A DNA stretch of 64,000 nucleotides from Kiritimatiellia bacterium (GCA_028686345.1 JAQUCE010000012.1:886-64885), one strand, 5' to 3'. Shown: positions 40,930 through 50,530, counted from the stretch's first letter. Numbers and translations: made by a program. The notes: generated by a model from the sequence alone, not told the origin.

Positions 40930-43026
40930 GCTGGGCAACACAATGCCACGTAGAATCACCCGCTGGCAGGCAATAAAAACCAGAGCGGTAGGGAGAGAGA
41001 TCAACACAAAGCCAGCCATGACCGCCCACGGTTGTCCGCTGAATTGCTGACTCATCTGATACATCCAGACCGCCAGCGTCCAATAACTCTGTTTCTGGCA
41101 GACCAGCAGCGCCCACTCCCAACTGTTGTAGGTCACAACAAAGGCATGCAATGCGTTCACGGCCAGAATAGGGGTTGTCATAGGCAGCGTAATACGCAAG
41201 AAAATCTGCCACTCTTTCGCCCCGTCCACGGTGGCCGCTTCATAGAGTTCGCGGGGCAGCCCGTCGAAAAATCCTTTTAAAATGAAGATCGACATTCCAT
41301 TGGCCACAGTTGGCAGCACCAGGGCCGCAAAGGTATTGAGCAGCCCCAGATCACGAATCAACAGAAATCCGGGAATAGCGGTCACAGCCGCGGGAAAGGC
41401 CATGGTTGAGAGCAGAAAAAGCAGAATTTTTTCTGTTGACCTCAAACCAAATCTTGAAAGTGCGTACGCTGCCAGGGGGTTGACAGTCAAGGTGGCCAGG
41501 ATGGACAGCGCGAGCAGCAACAGGGTATTGCCAAAGGCCCGGCCCCGCAAGAAGAGATACTCTCCCACCAGCCGATAGTTCGAAAGCACGCCAGCGAAAA
41601 ACTTCTGCCACCCGCGTTTTTTGAAGGTTACAGCAAGCGCCTCACGCACAGGAAAGCGAGCCTCTTCAATCCGCTGCAACTCCCACCCGTAGCTCGCATT
41701 AACACCTGCCACACTCCCGTATTTTTCTAACAAAAAGCGCTGCCACTCGCTCTCCGCACTTAAAACCGTCAGTGATCCCAACGGCACCCGCGCCGCGAAA
41801 TTACGCCAGAGCGAGCTGTTTTCATACGAGTGGAGCGTGATCTCGGCAAACGAGCTGATCGCCACACCTGTCAGCTTGGTATAGGCGGCCGTACTTTTGC
41901 AGAGATTTGCGACATAGCCCTGAAACTCAGCTTCCAGCGCGGGGGTGACTTTGATGCGCAGCAAGCGGCGCGGATAAGAGTTATGGATAAAATCGGCCCA
42001 GACTTGCCGCAGCATCGGTGAAGAATCCTCCGGTAATGGAAACGGCAGGTGCTGAAAGGAGCGGCAGAGGTGGCCTGCAACAGCGCTGTAATCAGCCGGG
42101 GAGAATTGATTCTCCTCCGCCAACCCCAGTTTCACCTGCGTGTCCGGCAGCGCTAAAAATTTCAGCCAAAGGTTGCGCGAGGCATACGGGATAGAGGCGC
42201 TCATGGGCGAGACAGATGCTGCATAGTGTTTGAAAGCTCGCCAATTTTCCTCGGTGGCCCCCCCCTTGGCAGCCGCGTAGCTGCGCCAGCCCTGACACCC
42301 GGTTTCAAATTCAAGCTCGCGGTAGGCGCGTTTGAACTCCTGGTAAAGCGCGAACTTGGGGTTGTCGGGAGGATAATCCCAACTTGCATGGTGCAAAGGG
42401 GCGCGCTCCTCCGCCACCATACGTATGCCGAAAAAACTGCGGTAGCGGATCAGCCACTCCTGATTCATCATCTGCAACGCGGCATCCTGTCGGGCGGAGC
42501 TGCGCATGGCAGCATAACCCTGAGGATCTTGCGCTCGAACACGCCTCTCAAAATGCGCACGTACAAACGCGGCAATATGGCGGGGGTCATAGTTGCAGCT
42601 GCTGTTAAGCGGGTCGTAATCGAGATTAAAGTTAGCATAGTCGGCGGCCGCCCGCTGCCAGCGTTGGAAGGTGGCGGGGTCATCAACTGCGGCCAATTGC
42701 CCGGCAGCGAAGGCGCGGCATCCGGCCTCATCGCGGGAGACGACAATCCAGCTGCCCCACTGCTCGGGGGCATCGGGATAGAACTCCAGCGGAAAGCGCT
42801 CGAAGCAGCTCGAGATATGACGCATGAAACGGTCGGGACGATCCCAAAACGCGCGCACCACCGGTGAGTAGCGATGATAGTCGTAAGCTGAGGTGAACGA
42901 GGCGGAGAGCATTACCAGAAAAGGCCACACCATGGTTAAACCTCCAATGGTCAGCACCGCATAGATCAAGGCCAGGAACAAACGCGCTTTAGTGCTTTTG
43001 CGTTCGGCTGGCAGTATAACGGGCAT
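40921..43026 (-). CDS. carbohydrate-type ABC transporter permease (MalG/BPD family) with a ~430-aa insertion after TM1
   Basis: 701 aa. TM1 is LFLALIYAVLTIGGLTMVWPFLVML, followed by a long non-hydrophobic segment. The canonical permease core follows, with the EAA loop LPRELYEAATVDGAKEWQIFLRITLPM. No ATPase, binding protein or partner permease lies in the window. Confidence 0.8.
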   Translation of the reverse strand: MPVILPAERKSTKARLFLALIYAVLTIGGLTMVWPFLVMLSASFTSAYDYHRYSPVVRAFWDRPDRFMRHISSCFERFPLEFYPDAPEQWGSWIVVSRDEAGCRAFAAGQLAAVDDPATFQRWQRAAADYANFNLDYDPLNSSCNYDPRHIAAFVRAHFERRVRAQDPQGYAAMRSSARQDAALQMMNQEWLIRYRSFFGIRMVAEERAPLHHASWDYPPDNPKFALYQEFKRAYRELEFETGCQGWRSYAAAKGGATEENWRAFKHYAASVSPMSASIPYASRNLWLKFLALPDTQVKLGLAEENQFSPADYSAVAGHLCRSFQHLPFPLPEDSSPMLRQVWADFIHNSYPRRLLRIKVTPALEAEFQGYVANLCKSTAAYTKLTGVAISSFAEITLHSYENSSLWRNFAARVPLGSLTVLSAESEWQRFLLEKYGSVAGVNASYGWELQRIEEARFPVREALAVTFKKRGWQKFFAGVLSNYRLVGEYLFLRGRAFGNTLLLLALSILATLTVNPLAAYALSRFGLRSTEKILLFLLSTMAFPAAVTAIPGFLLIRDLGLLNTFAALVLPTVANGMSIFILKGFFDGLPRELYEAATVDGAKEWQIFLRITLPMTTPILAVNALHAFVVTYNSWEWALLVCQKQSYWTLAVWMYQMSQQFSGQPWAVMAGFVLISLPTALVFIACQRVILRGIVLPSMK

Positions 43027-43057
43027 AATCTCTCGCTTTCATTTGCTTTCTTAGTCG

Positions 43058-43246
43058 CTTAGGCGACTAGAAAAAACAACTAATTGTTCTTTCCAAAAAG
43101 TTGTTTATCGGCTCTTATTGCGGCGTGCTTCACAATCATCCACCGCATAGCGGAGGATATACTTCACAATCATCCACCGCATAGCGGAGGATATACTTCG
43201 CAATCATCCACCGCATAGCGGAGGATATACTTCGCAATCATCCACT
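43058..43246 (+). repeat. Composite A, copy A3: L module + 34-bp tandem array x3.2
   Basis: L module (palindrome variant 43075-43088). Units ATCCACCGCATAGCGGAGGATATACTTC[AG]CAATC at 43138-43171, 43172-43205 and 43206-43239, plus a partial fourth. It begins 32 nt upstream of the permease ATG. Confidence 0.9.
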
Positions 43247-43294
43247 AACATCGTCGCCGTTATCGTTAACCGACCTCCGGACTCCACCGCCAGG

Positions 43295-44575
43295 CTACGG
43301 GGATAGTAATGTTTTTAACTCCTTTGCAAGTGTCAGCAGGGAGTTTGCTTTTAATGGAAGGGAGGAGAAAAGAGCGGTTTCACAATCAGGGCCGGCTAAT
43401 CCATGGGTGCCTTTAATACGCGAGGTGTCCTGGGAGGTGCGAAAGGGATTTGAGCCGAAAAAGAGTTCGCATGGGTCATACCCTGGTTTGTTATGAATAT
43501 CAACATGGCCGGCGTATTCAGGGGCTTCGGATGGATTGTGCCACCAGGGGTAGGCAAACCAGTAGCCGGGTTTGGCGGTCATTAAGAGATCTCCGCTACG
43601 GGGGTGATCAACCTGGAGTTCGCGCTGCCCGGCAGCGTCGGTCACGCCGCCAACGCCTTCGAGCGCCTGCAGCACCTCAGCTGTCCGCTGGATTGCACTT
43701 TGGTCAAAGCAGGTGACCATGGCCACCTGATGATCAACGACTGCAAAGGCGCGGCTCTGGTGCAGATCGGGGTAAAGCATTTTTCGGACGCGGCGTGTTT
43801 TAAAGAGCCCCGCGTTTCGGAGCGCCTGATTGGGAAAGACGGCCCCCCCGGTAACATCGCTGATAGCGTAATCGCCGTAGGCGACAGCGTGGTAGCCATT
43901 CTCCTGTGCGGTTTTAAACAGGAGGGTTAACTCGCGTCGCAACTCTTGAGCGGCTCTTTTACTCTTTGAGTGGCGCGTACCGTAACGTTGCAGGGCGTAA
44001 TCCAGGCAGGGCAGATAGGTAATCAAAAGCTCCGGCGCATCGGCGGAGCTCAACATGCCGGCAACCGCTTTGGCAATCCAGCGTGAACTGGCAGTGGAGG
44101 CCAGCGGCCCCCAGTAGCGGTGCAGCTTAAAGGGCGAGCCGGTCCATTGCTGCACGCCTGCGTAGAGCGACTCCGGTGTGCTGCTGCAATCCATGATCAT
44201 GCCGCCATTGTGTTTATGGATCGGAGCAGGCGAAATGATCTGATCAACGCTCTCCCCCAGGCTTTGCTGAAAGAAGGTCATAGCAACTGTACCGCCCTGC
44301 CCGCGCAGGCTCTCCCAGAGACGTTCGCCTTTGACAAGTGCCGAAGATTGCTCCCAGAAGAGTGGTCGACGCAAGGTGCGCTCCATAAAGCCGTTGGCAA
44401 TCATCCCATGCTGAGCAGGCGCACTCGCGGTGCGCAGGGTGGCCTGCGCGGTGCAGGTGAGCCCGGGAAAGAGAGGTTGAAGCGGTTTTACTTCAAAACC
44501 CTCGATCTCTGTCAAGCCGTTATCACTGGCAAAGTTCAGGCCGAGTCCGGCCACCTGTATTATAAGTATTTTCAT
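43295..44575 (-). CDS. alkaline phosphatase superfamily protein (nucleotide pyrophosphatase/phosphodiesterase-like)
   Basis: 426 aa: MKILIIQVAGLGLNF...FPGLTCTAQATLRT (metal/nucleophile Thr region) and a later DY...H motif typical of the AP superfamily. Confidence 0.75.
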   Translation of the reverse strand: MKILIIQVAGLGLNFASDNGLTEIEGFEVKPLQPLFPGLTCTAQATLRTASAPAQHGMIANGFMERTLRRPLFWEQSSALVKGERLWESLRGQGGTVAMTFFQQSLGESVDQIISPAPIHKHNGGMIMDCSSTPESLYAGVQQWTGSPFKLHRYWGPLASTASSRWIAKAVAGMLSSADAPELLITYLPCLDYALQRYGTRHSKSKRAAQELRRELTLLFKTAQENGYHAVAYGDYAISDVTGGAVFPNQALRNAGLFKTRRVRKMLYPDLHQSRAFAVVDHQVAMVTCFDQSAIQRTAEVLQALEGVGGVTDAAGQRELQVDHPRSGDLLMTAKPGYWFAYPWWHNPSEAPEYAGHVDIHNKPGYDPCELFFGSNPFRTSQDTSRIKGTHGLAGPDCETALFSSLPLKANSLLTLAKELKTLLSP

Positions 44576-44581
44576 TTCTAA

Positions 44582-45766
44582 TCACTCCTCTCCCAACAAC
44601 AAATCCATCAACTCGGAGCCTTTCATCAAACCAAGCGAGCCTGCCAAAACAGAGTGCTCATCAAAGCTCTGAACTGCGTCAGGCTCCACCCCCGGCTGCC
44701 AGATTGAGACCGGCACCGGGGTGCGGGTGTGTTTTCCAGTGGCGATCGGCACAGGGTGGTCGGGCAGCACGCAGAAAGCGACTTGCTCACCAGCCCGTTG
44801 CATTACCGCTCCGACAATGCGGCGATCAAAATCTTCGATTGCCTGGAGTTTGAGCTTGAGGTCTTGGGCATGTGAGACCTCATCCGGTGCCTCGACATGC
44901 AGGTAGATGAAGTCATAGCCATTCGCCAGCGCCTGGAGGGCGGCTTCGGCTTTACCCTCGTAGTTGGTGTCAATATATCCGGTGGCTCCCGGCACGTGGA
45001 TGACATCCATACCCATGCAGTGGCCCAGCCCTTTGATCACATCAACTGCGGAGATGACCGCGGCTTTGACATTGTAGCGTTGGCTGACGCTGTGAATAGC
45101 ACCGGTTTTACCGCCGCTCCAGGGCCAGATCGCGTTGGCTTTGCGTCCTCTGAGAAGCTGTGCAGCTTGGAGGATCAGCTCTCGAAGAATTGACGCGGTG
45201 TGCTCGGAGTTCTCTGCATTTGCCTGCGGCAGGTGCTCGGCAACCGGGTTGCCGTGATTGTCATCCGGTTTCTGGCAGATCACCTCAGATGTGAACTCAT
45301 CGCCAGTGAGGATCAGTAGATTGCGATAGCTGACGCCAGCGGCAAAACGAACTTTTTCAGAGCCCAGATTTTTATTCAGCAAGGTGACCGTCGCCTCCGC
45401 ATCGCACTGCGCGATATGGCCGCCGGAAAAATCCCGCAGGATGCCCTGCTCATCCACGGAGACAAGGTTCATGCGAAAAGCGATCTGGTTGGATGCCAGC
45501 ACGATGCCTTGACTGGCGGCTTCAAGCGGACCGCGTCCGCAGAGCTCTGTTGCCAGATCGCCGCCCAGCACCGACATATTAGCCACGTCGCTGGAGGTAG
45601 GGAAACCCTCCGGAAGGGTTAAGAAGGTTCCGCTACGCCCACAGGCGGCAATTTTATCCATAAAAGGGGTGTGCGCGGCCTGCAACGGGGTGCAATGGTT
45701 GAGTTCAGCAATCGGCTCATCAGCCATGCCGTCGCCTAAAAATATCACTGCCTTCTGCTTTTTCAT
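44582..45766 (-). CDS. cofactor-independent phosphoglycerate mutase family protein (ApgM / proposed homoserine kinase clade)
   Basis: The ATG at 45766 gives MKKQKAVIFLGDGMADEPIAELNHCTPLQAAHTPFMDKIA...FPTSSDVANMSVLG, then YLHVEAPDEVSH. Stops 6 bp upstream of the AP-family gene. Confidence 0.85.
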   Translation of the reverse strand: MKKQKAVIFLGDGMADEPIAELNHCTPLQAAHTPFMDKIAACGRSGTFLTLPEGFPTSSDVANMSVLGGDLATELCGRGPLEAASQGIVLASNQIAFRMNLVSVDEQGILRDFSGGHIAQCDAEATVTLLNKNLGSEKVRFAAGVSYRNLLILTGDEFTSEVICQKPDDNHGNPVAEHLPQANAENSEHTASILRELILQAAQLLRGRKANAIWPWSGGKTGAIHSVSQRYNVKAAVISAVDVIKGLGHCMGMDVIHVPGATGYIDTNYEGKAEAALQALANGYDFIYLHVEAPDEVSHAQDLKLKLQAIEDFDRRIVGAVMQRAGEQVAFCVLPDHPVPIATGKHTRTPVPVSIWQPGVEPDAVQSFDEHSVLAGSLGLMKGSELMDLLLGEE

Positions 45767-45878
45767 ATGCCTGTGTAGTTTGGCAAAAACAAGCGGTGCT
45801 GTCAATTACTTCGAACTCCTCGCGGCGGTGAACTCTGAACCAACAGATGTGCGGGCGCATCTGCAAATCGGTGCAATA

Positions 45879-45944
45879 ATCCACCGTGTAACGGCGGATT
45901 TACTTTATTTGCAACATAAGTATGTCCTCCGCTATGCGGTGGAC
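45879..45944. repeat. REPIN-like doublet, diverged variant of the 34-bp unit
   Basis: ATCCACCGTGTAACGGCGGATTTACTT...AAGTATGTCCTCCGCTATGCGGTGGAC. Outer flanks (CTGCAAATCGGTGCA / TGCACCGATTCGCAG) extend the imperfect palindrome. Confidence 0.8.
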
Positions 45945-46109
45945 AACAATGATTTTCAAGATTATTCGGTAATATGCACCGATTCGCAGATGTGCAGATG
46001 TGCCCGGCGTATAAATAGTGGTTGCCTAGCGTTATCCTTTTCAGTATTATCATTATCACGTTTCATATTTTATAAGTAGCGTTTATTAAACAGAAAAGGA
46101 GAAAAAATA

Positions 46110-46760
46110 ATGGAAGAACAAAAAAGCAGTATGCCTTTACTGGGTGACGCATTCCCGGCGATGAAAGTCCAAACCACGCATGGTCCAATGACTCTACCCG
46201 GCGATTTGGCGGGTGGCTGGTTTGTGCTCTTCAGCCATCCAGCTGACTTCACTCCGGTTTGCACCACGGAGTTCGTAGCATTTCAAAAGCGTTATGATCA
46301 ATTCAAGGAATTGGATTGCACGCTGGTCGGTATGTCGGTGGACCAGGTCTTCTCACACATCAAGTGGATCGAGTGGATCAAATCCGAGTTGGATGTTGAG
46401 ATCGAATTCCCGGTGGTTGCCGCCAATGACAGCATTGCCATGAAACTCGGCTTATTGCATCCAGGAAAAGGAAGCAACACTGTCCGCGCTGTCTATATTG
46501 TCGACCCTGCTGGTGCTATCCGTCTGATCATGTACTATCCGCAGGAGATCGGGCGCAATATTGACGAGGTTGTCCGGGCGGTAAAAGTCCTGCAGATCTC
46601 TGATGCCAAGAAAGTGGCGATGCCGGCTGGCTGGCCTGACAATGAGCTGATCAAGGATCACGGCATTATTTCGCCTGCCACCGACATGGCCACAGCGGCA
46701 AAACGCGCGCAGGAATATGAGTGCTTTGACTGGTGGTTCTGCCACAAATCTCTGGATTGA
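46110..46760 (+). CDS. peroxiredoxin (Prx6/1-Cys-like)
   Basis: 216 aa with [16 protein letters not shown] (peroxidatic Cys motif). Confidence 0.9.
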   Translation: MEEQKSSMPLLGDAFPAMKVQTTHGPMTLPGDLAGGWFVLFSHPADFTPVCTTEFVAFQKRYDQFKELDCTLVGMSVDQVFSHIKWIEWIKSELDVEIEFPVVAANDSIAMKLGLLHPGKGSNTVRAVYIVDPAGAIRLIMYYPQEIGRNIDEVVRAVKVLQISDAKKVAMPAGWPDNELIKDHGIISPATDMATAAKRAQEYECFDWWFCHKSLD

Positions 46761-46878
46761 TCAGGCGCGGGCTTTGCCCGCTAATCTACGCGAAAGATTA
46801 CTTTTAAGAGCATTTAAGAATAATTAAACCGGCGTCATTGTCCAAATGGTCAATGACGCCTTGCATTGGAGAAAAATT

Positions 46879-48258
46879 ATGTTGTTTCAGCAATTCAAGG
46901 TTGATGGATTAGGCTGTCTTTCTTATCTTGTGGGGTGCCCGGGGGCAGGGGTTGCCTGTGTGGTTGACCCAGAACGCCACGTCGACCGTTATCTGCAGGC
47001 TGCCCAGGACAACGGCGTGCGCATCACTCATATTTTTGACACCCACTTGCATGCTGATCACATCACCGGCACCATTGAGCTGGCGGAGCGCACTGGCGCA
47101 ACGATCTACGTTCATCCTGGTGTCAAGGCTGCATTTCCGCATCAGGAGCTGCATGAAGGCGAGCGTTTTCACTTTGGCGCAGCGGAGCTGGAAGTTATTG
47201 AGACCTTTGGTCACACCCCAAACTCCGTCAGCTTTGCAGTCACGGATCACGCCCGCTCGGAAGATGTTTTCGCGCTGTTGACCGGTGATCTGCTGTTTGT
47301 CGGCGATATTGGCCGCCCGGATCTGGCTGGCTCCGATCTGCTGGAAGAACAAGTCAGAAACTTGTACGACAGCCTGTACAACAAACTGGCCCGTTTCCCG
47401 GACTGGACTGAAGTCTATCCAGCGCATGGGGAGGGCTCGCTGTGCGGACGCGGCATGAGTGCCAAACCAGTCAGCACCCTGGGTTTTGAACGGCGCAACA
47501 ATCCGCTTTTGAACAAGATGCCGTTCGAGAAGTTCCACGAGATCATGACCACTGGCTTCCAGGTCAGACCGGATAATTTTGCCGTGATGGTAGACAAAAA
47601 CCAGCGCGGCCCGCTGCCGCTGGCGGAGGCCGCGCCATTTGGTTTAATGACAACCCAGCAGGTGGAACGGGCGCTTAGCAATGGCGCAACAATTGTTGAC
47701 ACGCGGGTTCCAAGCGCGTTCGGGGCCGCGTATATTCGCGGTTCCGTCAATATCGGCCTGACCCCCTTGTCGGTCAACTGGCTGGGCATGACCATCGCGG
47801 CTGACACGGAGATCATCATTGTTGCCGACACCAAAGCCCGGGCTCACGAGGCTGCTTACATATATCGCCGGGCCGGTTATGACCGTCTGATTGGTTATCT
47901 GGGGGACGGCATCAGCAGCTGGGCCGCGCAGGCCAAACCGCTTGATCATCTGCCGCAGTTGACACCTGAGAGTCTGAAGCATGTTCTCGGCAAATATTCC
48001 AATCACATCATACTTGATGTGCGCTCCGATGTGGAGTGGGAGTCAGGTCATCTCGAAGAGGCTATCCATATTCCGATCAATAACATTATGGAGGGCGATT
48101 TCACGCTGGACAAAGATCAGCACATCACAATCATCTGTGGTTCTGGATACCGCGCCAACATTGCAGGCAGTCTCCTGAAATCAATGGGCTATTCAAAGGT
48201 GTTCAGCCTGATTGGCGGCATGGCCGCCTGGCAGGCATCGCAGGCAGCTAAGGCGTGA
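46879..48258 (+). CDS. MBL-fold hydrolase fused to two rhodanese domains (persulfide dioxygenase-sulfurtransferase-like)
   Basis: The ATG at 46879 gives MLFQQFKVDGLGCLSYLVGC. Metal motif THLHADHITG. The C-terminal rhodanese domain has CGSGYRAN as active-site loop. Confidence 0.85.
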   Translation: MLFQQFKVDGLGCLSYLVGCPGAGVACVVDPERHVDRYLQAAQDNGVRITHIFDTHLHADHITGTIELAERTGATIYVHPGVKAAFPHQELHEGERFHFGAAELEVIETFGHTPNSVSFAVTDHARSEDVFALLTGDLLFVGDIGRPDLAGSDLLEEQVRNLYDSLYNKLARFPDWTEVYPAHGEGSLCGRGMSAKPVSTLGFERRNNPLLNKMPFEKFHEIMTTGFQVRPDNFAVMVDKNQRGPLPLAEAAPFGLMTTQQVERALSNGATIVDTRVPSAFGAAYIRGSVNIGLTPLSVNWLGMTIAADTEIIIVADTKARAHEAAYIYRRAGYDRLIGYLGDGISSWAAQAKPLDHLPQLTPESLKHVLGKYSNHIILDVRSDVEWESGHLEEAIHIPINNIMEGDFTLDKDQHITIICGSGYRANIAGSLLKSMGYSKVFSLIGGMAAWQASQAAKA

Positions 48259-48273
48259 GCGTTTAAAACGCAC

Positions 48274-48310
48274 GGACGAATGGGACGAATGGGACGAATG
48301 GGAGATGGGA
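48274..48310 (+). repeat. 9-bp tandem repeat (GGACGAATG)x3 plus a degenerate unit
   Basis: GGACGAATGGGACGAATGGGACGAATGGGAGATGGGA lies just after the MBL-rhodanese stop. Confidence 0.9.
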
Positions 48311-48349
48311 CTTGTAGGATTGATGGGAAGCATGTTTGCGGTAGGTTCT

Positions 48350-48460
48350 TGAAAAGTGCGCCATGGGGTGTAGCAGCCGCTCTGCGAGCGGCAGACTGCA
48401 GCAGGCTCTTGAAAGGCGCGCCCTGGGGTATAGTGTTGCTTCTATGAAGCAATTTGCGAA
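48350..48460 (+). repeat. partial Composite B (GTAG hairpin + collapsed GTTGCTTC/GAAGCAAT hairpin)
   Basis: GGGGTGTAGCAGCCGCTCTGCGAGCGGCAGACTGCAGCAGG...GAAAGGCGCGCCCTGGGGTATAGTGTTGCTTCTATGAAGCAATTTGCG. The large loop seen at 38895-38945 is reduced to TAT here. Confidence 0.8.
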
Positions 48461-48493
48461 TACCTGGCGTTTGTTTGTCAAAGGCGCGTCCTT

Positions 48494-48710
48494 AGTACCT
48501 CTTTTCTTAAATCCTATCATGTTTGCGAAAGATTTTGCGACTTTTGCGTTTTTTTGCGGCTAAACATAGCGAAGCAAAGGAAAAAAGGAATAGCCGCAAA
48601 AAGGCGCAAAAAGGCGCAAAAGAAAGAACTTCCATCTTTTCTATGCAACGCATAGCGTTGTTGACTAAACCAGCGGGGCATATCACACAATTGTTCAATG
48701 AGAGAGAAAT
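48494..48710 (+). repeat. P126 repeat interrupted by an 88-bp hairpin insertion (about 48533-48620)
   Basis: The two halves match 18971-19096. The insert contains TTTTTGCGGCTA...TAGCCGCAAAAA inverted arms and GGCGCAAAA direct repeats. Confidence 0.9.
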
Positions 48711-48754
48711 CATTAATAATTTTTAGTCGCCTAAGCGCCTAAACAGGAGTGCCG

Positions 48755-50422
48755 ATGAAAGAGCATATCTTTTCAGCTGGATCATGGTTGTGGAATTACA
48801 AGCGCCAGGATCTGCAGGGCGATTTTCTGGCCGGTCTGGTTGTAGCTGTCATGCTGGTTCCACAGGCCATGGCGTACGCCATGCTGGCTGGCCTGCCGCC
48901 GGTGTATGGCCTTTATGCCGCGACGCTGCCTCTGGTGGCCTACGCACTTGTCGGGACTTCGCGGCAGCTGGCGGTCGGGCCGGTAGCCATTGTCTCCCTG
49001 CTGGTGGCTGATGCCTGTTCCGGGCTGGTCAGCGCCGGCGCTGATGCTGCCGCGATTGCCGGTTTTGTTGCTCTTCTAGCTGTGCTGATTGGTGTCATTC
49101 AGATTGGCCTGGGTTTATGCCGGGCAGGTTTTCTGATCAATTTTGTTTCACATGCTGTTGTCAGCGGCTTTACAGCGGCCGGGGCCATCATGATCGGGCT
49201 TAGTCAATTGCAGCACCTGCTGGGCATCAAAATGTCGGGCGGGCACTCAGCCCTGGCCCTGTTGTTGGAAGCAGTGCGGCATCTTGGTGAAGCGCACGCT
49301 TTGACTCTGGCTATCGGCCTGAGCGCGACGGCGGTTCTACTTCTGGCGCGGCAGCAACGCTGGCGTTTCCCTGCCACGCTGCCGGTGATCGTCATCTCGG
49401 TTTTAGTGGTCAGGTACTTTGAGTTGGAGGCGCAAGGGGTGCGAGCTGTCGGCGCTGTTCCGGGCGGATTGCCGCTCCCGCGGCTGCCCTCTTTCTCTGT
49501 TGCCAGCGTGCGCTCAATGTTACCCTCAGCCCTGGTGATTGTCTTTATTGGTGTTATGGAATCAATTGCTGTGGCGAAATGGATTGCGACCAGGGAAAAG
49601 TACCGTATTGATGCCAACCGCGAGATGCTTGGTCTGGGCTTGGCCAGCTTGGTGGCGGGGTTGTTTTCCGGCTATCCGGTAACCGGCGGTTTTTCGCGCA
49701 CAGCGGTGAATTATCAGGCTGGTGCGCGAACACAGCTGGCTTCGCTGTTCACGGCCGCGCTGGTGCTGCTGACACTGTTGTTTCTGACTCCACTCTTCAC
49801 GCATCTGCCCAATGCTGTACTCGCGGCCATCATCATGGTCGCTGTTATCGGGCTGATTGACTTCAGGGAAGCACGCCAGCTCTTCAAGGTCAAGAGCGCT
49901 GACGGGTGGGTCTATGTCGTGACCTTTCTGGTCACCCTAAGCCTGGGAATGGACAAGGGGCTGTTGGCTGGAATCATATTTTCGCTGGGACTGTTTATCC
50001 TGCGCAGTGCCAGACCGCGTCTGGCAATCCTGGGTCAAGTCAACGAACATGAATTTCGCGATCTGCGCCGTTATCCAAATGCAAGCACCGATCCGGCGGT
50101 GCTTATTTTAAGGGTTGAGGCCAGCCTGTATTTTGCCAATGCCAATTTTGTTGAAGAGTGGATTCGGGCGCGGCTGGTTCAGCAGCCCGCGCTCCGCTGG
50201 GTTGTGCTGGAGATGTCAGGTGTCAACGACATAGACGGCGTGGCAGTTGCCATGCTGACTGAGTTGATGCGTGATTGCGCTTTGACTGGGGTGCAGTTCG
50301 TTTTTTCAGGTATGAAGGCAACGGTACGAGACATTGTCGAATCTGCTGGCTGGAAAGAGCTGCTCGGTGGCCGGATGTCGTATGTCAACCTAGCGCAGGC
50401 CCTGGCCGCTTTAGGCACTTAG
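48755..50422 (+). CDS. SulP family inorganic anion (sulfate) permease with STAS domain
   Basis: The ATG at 48755 is preceded by AGGAG. DLQGDFLAGLVVAVMLVPQAMAYAMLAGLPPVYGLY, many TM segments, and a C-terminal STAS domain (VVLEMSGVNDIDGVAVAML). Confidence 0.9.
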   Translation: MKEHIFSAGSWLWNYKRQDLQGDFLAGLVVAVMLVPQAMAYAMLAGLPPVYGLYAATLPLVAYALVGTSRQLAVGPVAIVSLLVADACSGLVSAGADAAAIAGFVALLAVLIGVIQIGLGLCRAGFLINFVSHAVVSGFTAAGAIMIGLSQLQHLLGIKMSGGHSALALLLEAVRHLGEAHALTLAIGLSATAVLLLARQQRWRFPATLPVIVISVLVVRYFELEAQGVRAVGAVPGGLPLPRLPSFSVASVRSMLPSALVIVFIGVMESIAVAKWIATREKYRIDANREMLGLGLASLVAGLFSGYPVTGGFSRTAVNYQAGARTQLASLFTAALVLLTLLFLTPLFTHLPNAVLAAIIMVAVIGLIDFREARQLFKVKSADGWVYVVTFLVTLSLGMDKGLLAGIIFSLGLFILRSARPRLAILGQVNEHEFRDLRRYPNASTDPAVLILRVEASLYFANANFVEEWIRARLVQQPALRWVVLEMSGVNDIDGVAVAMLTELMRDCALTGVQFVFSGMKATVRDIVESAGWKELLGGRMSYVNLAQALAALGT

Positions 50423-50430
50423 CGAAGGGC

Positions 50431-50530
50431 AAAACATGTTGTCGTGAGGTAATCTTAATCTCAATCCTAATCTCAATCCTTATCTCTTTCGACAGCCACA
50501 GGCAGCCGTTGTTTGATTGGGATTACGATT
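50431..50530 (+). repeat. N module copy
   Basis: AAAACATGTTGTCGTGAGGTAATCTTAATCTCAATCCTAATCTCAATCCTTATCTCTTTCG...TTGATTGGGATTACGATT is co-linear with 18871-18971. Confidence 0.8.
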
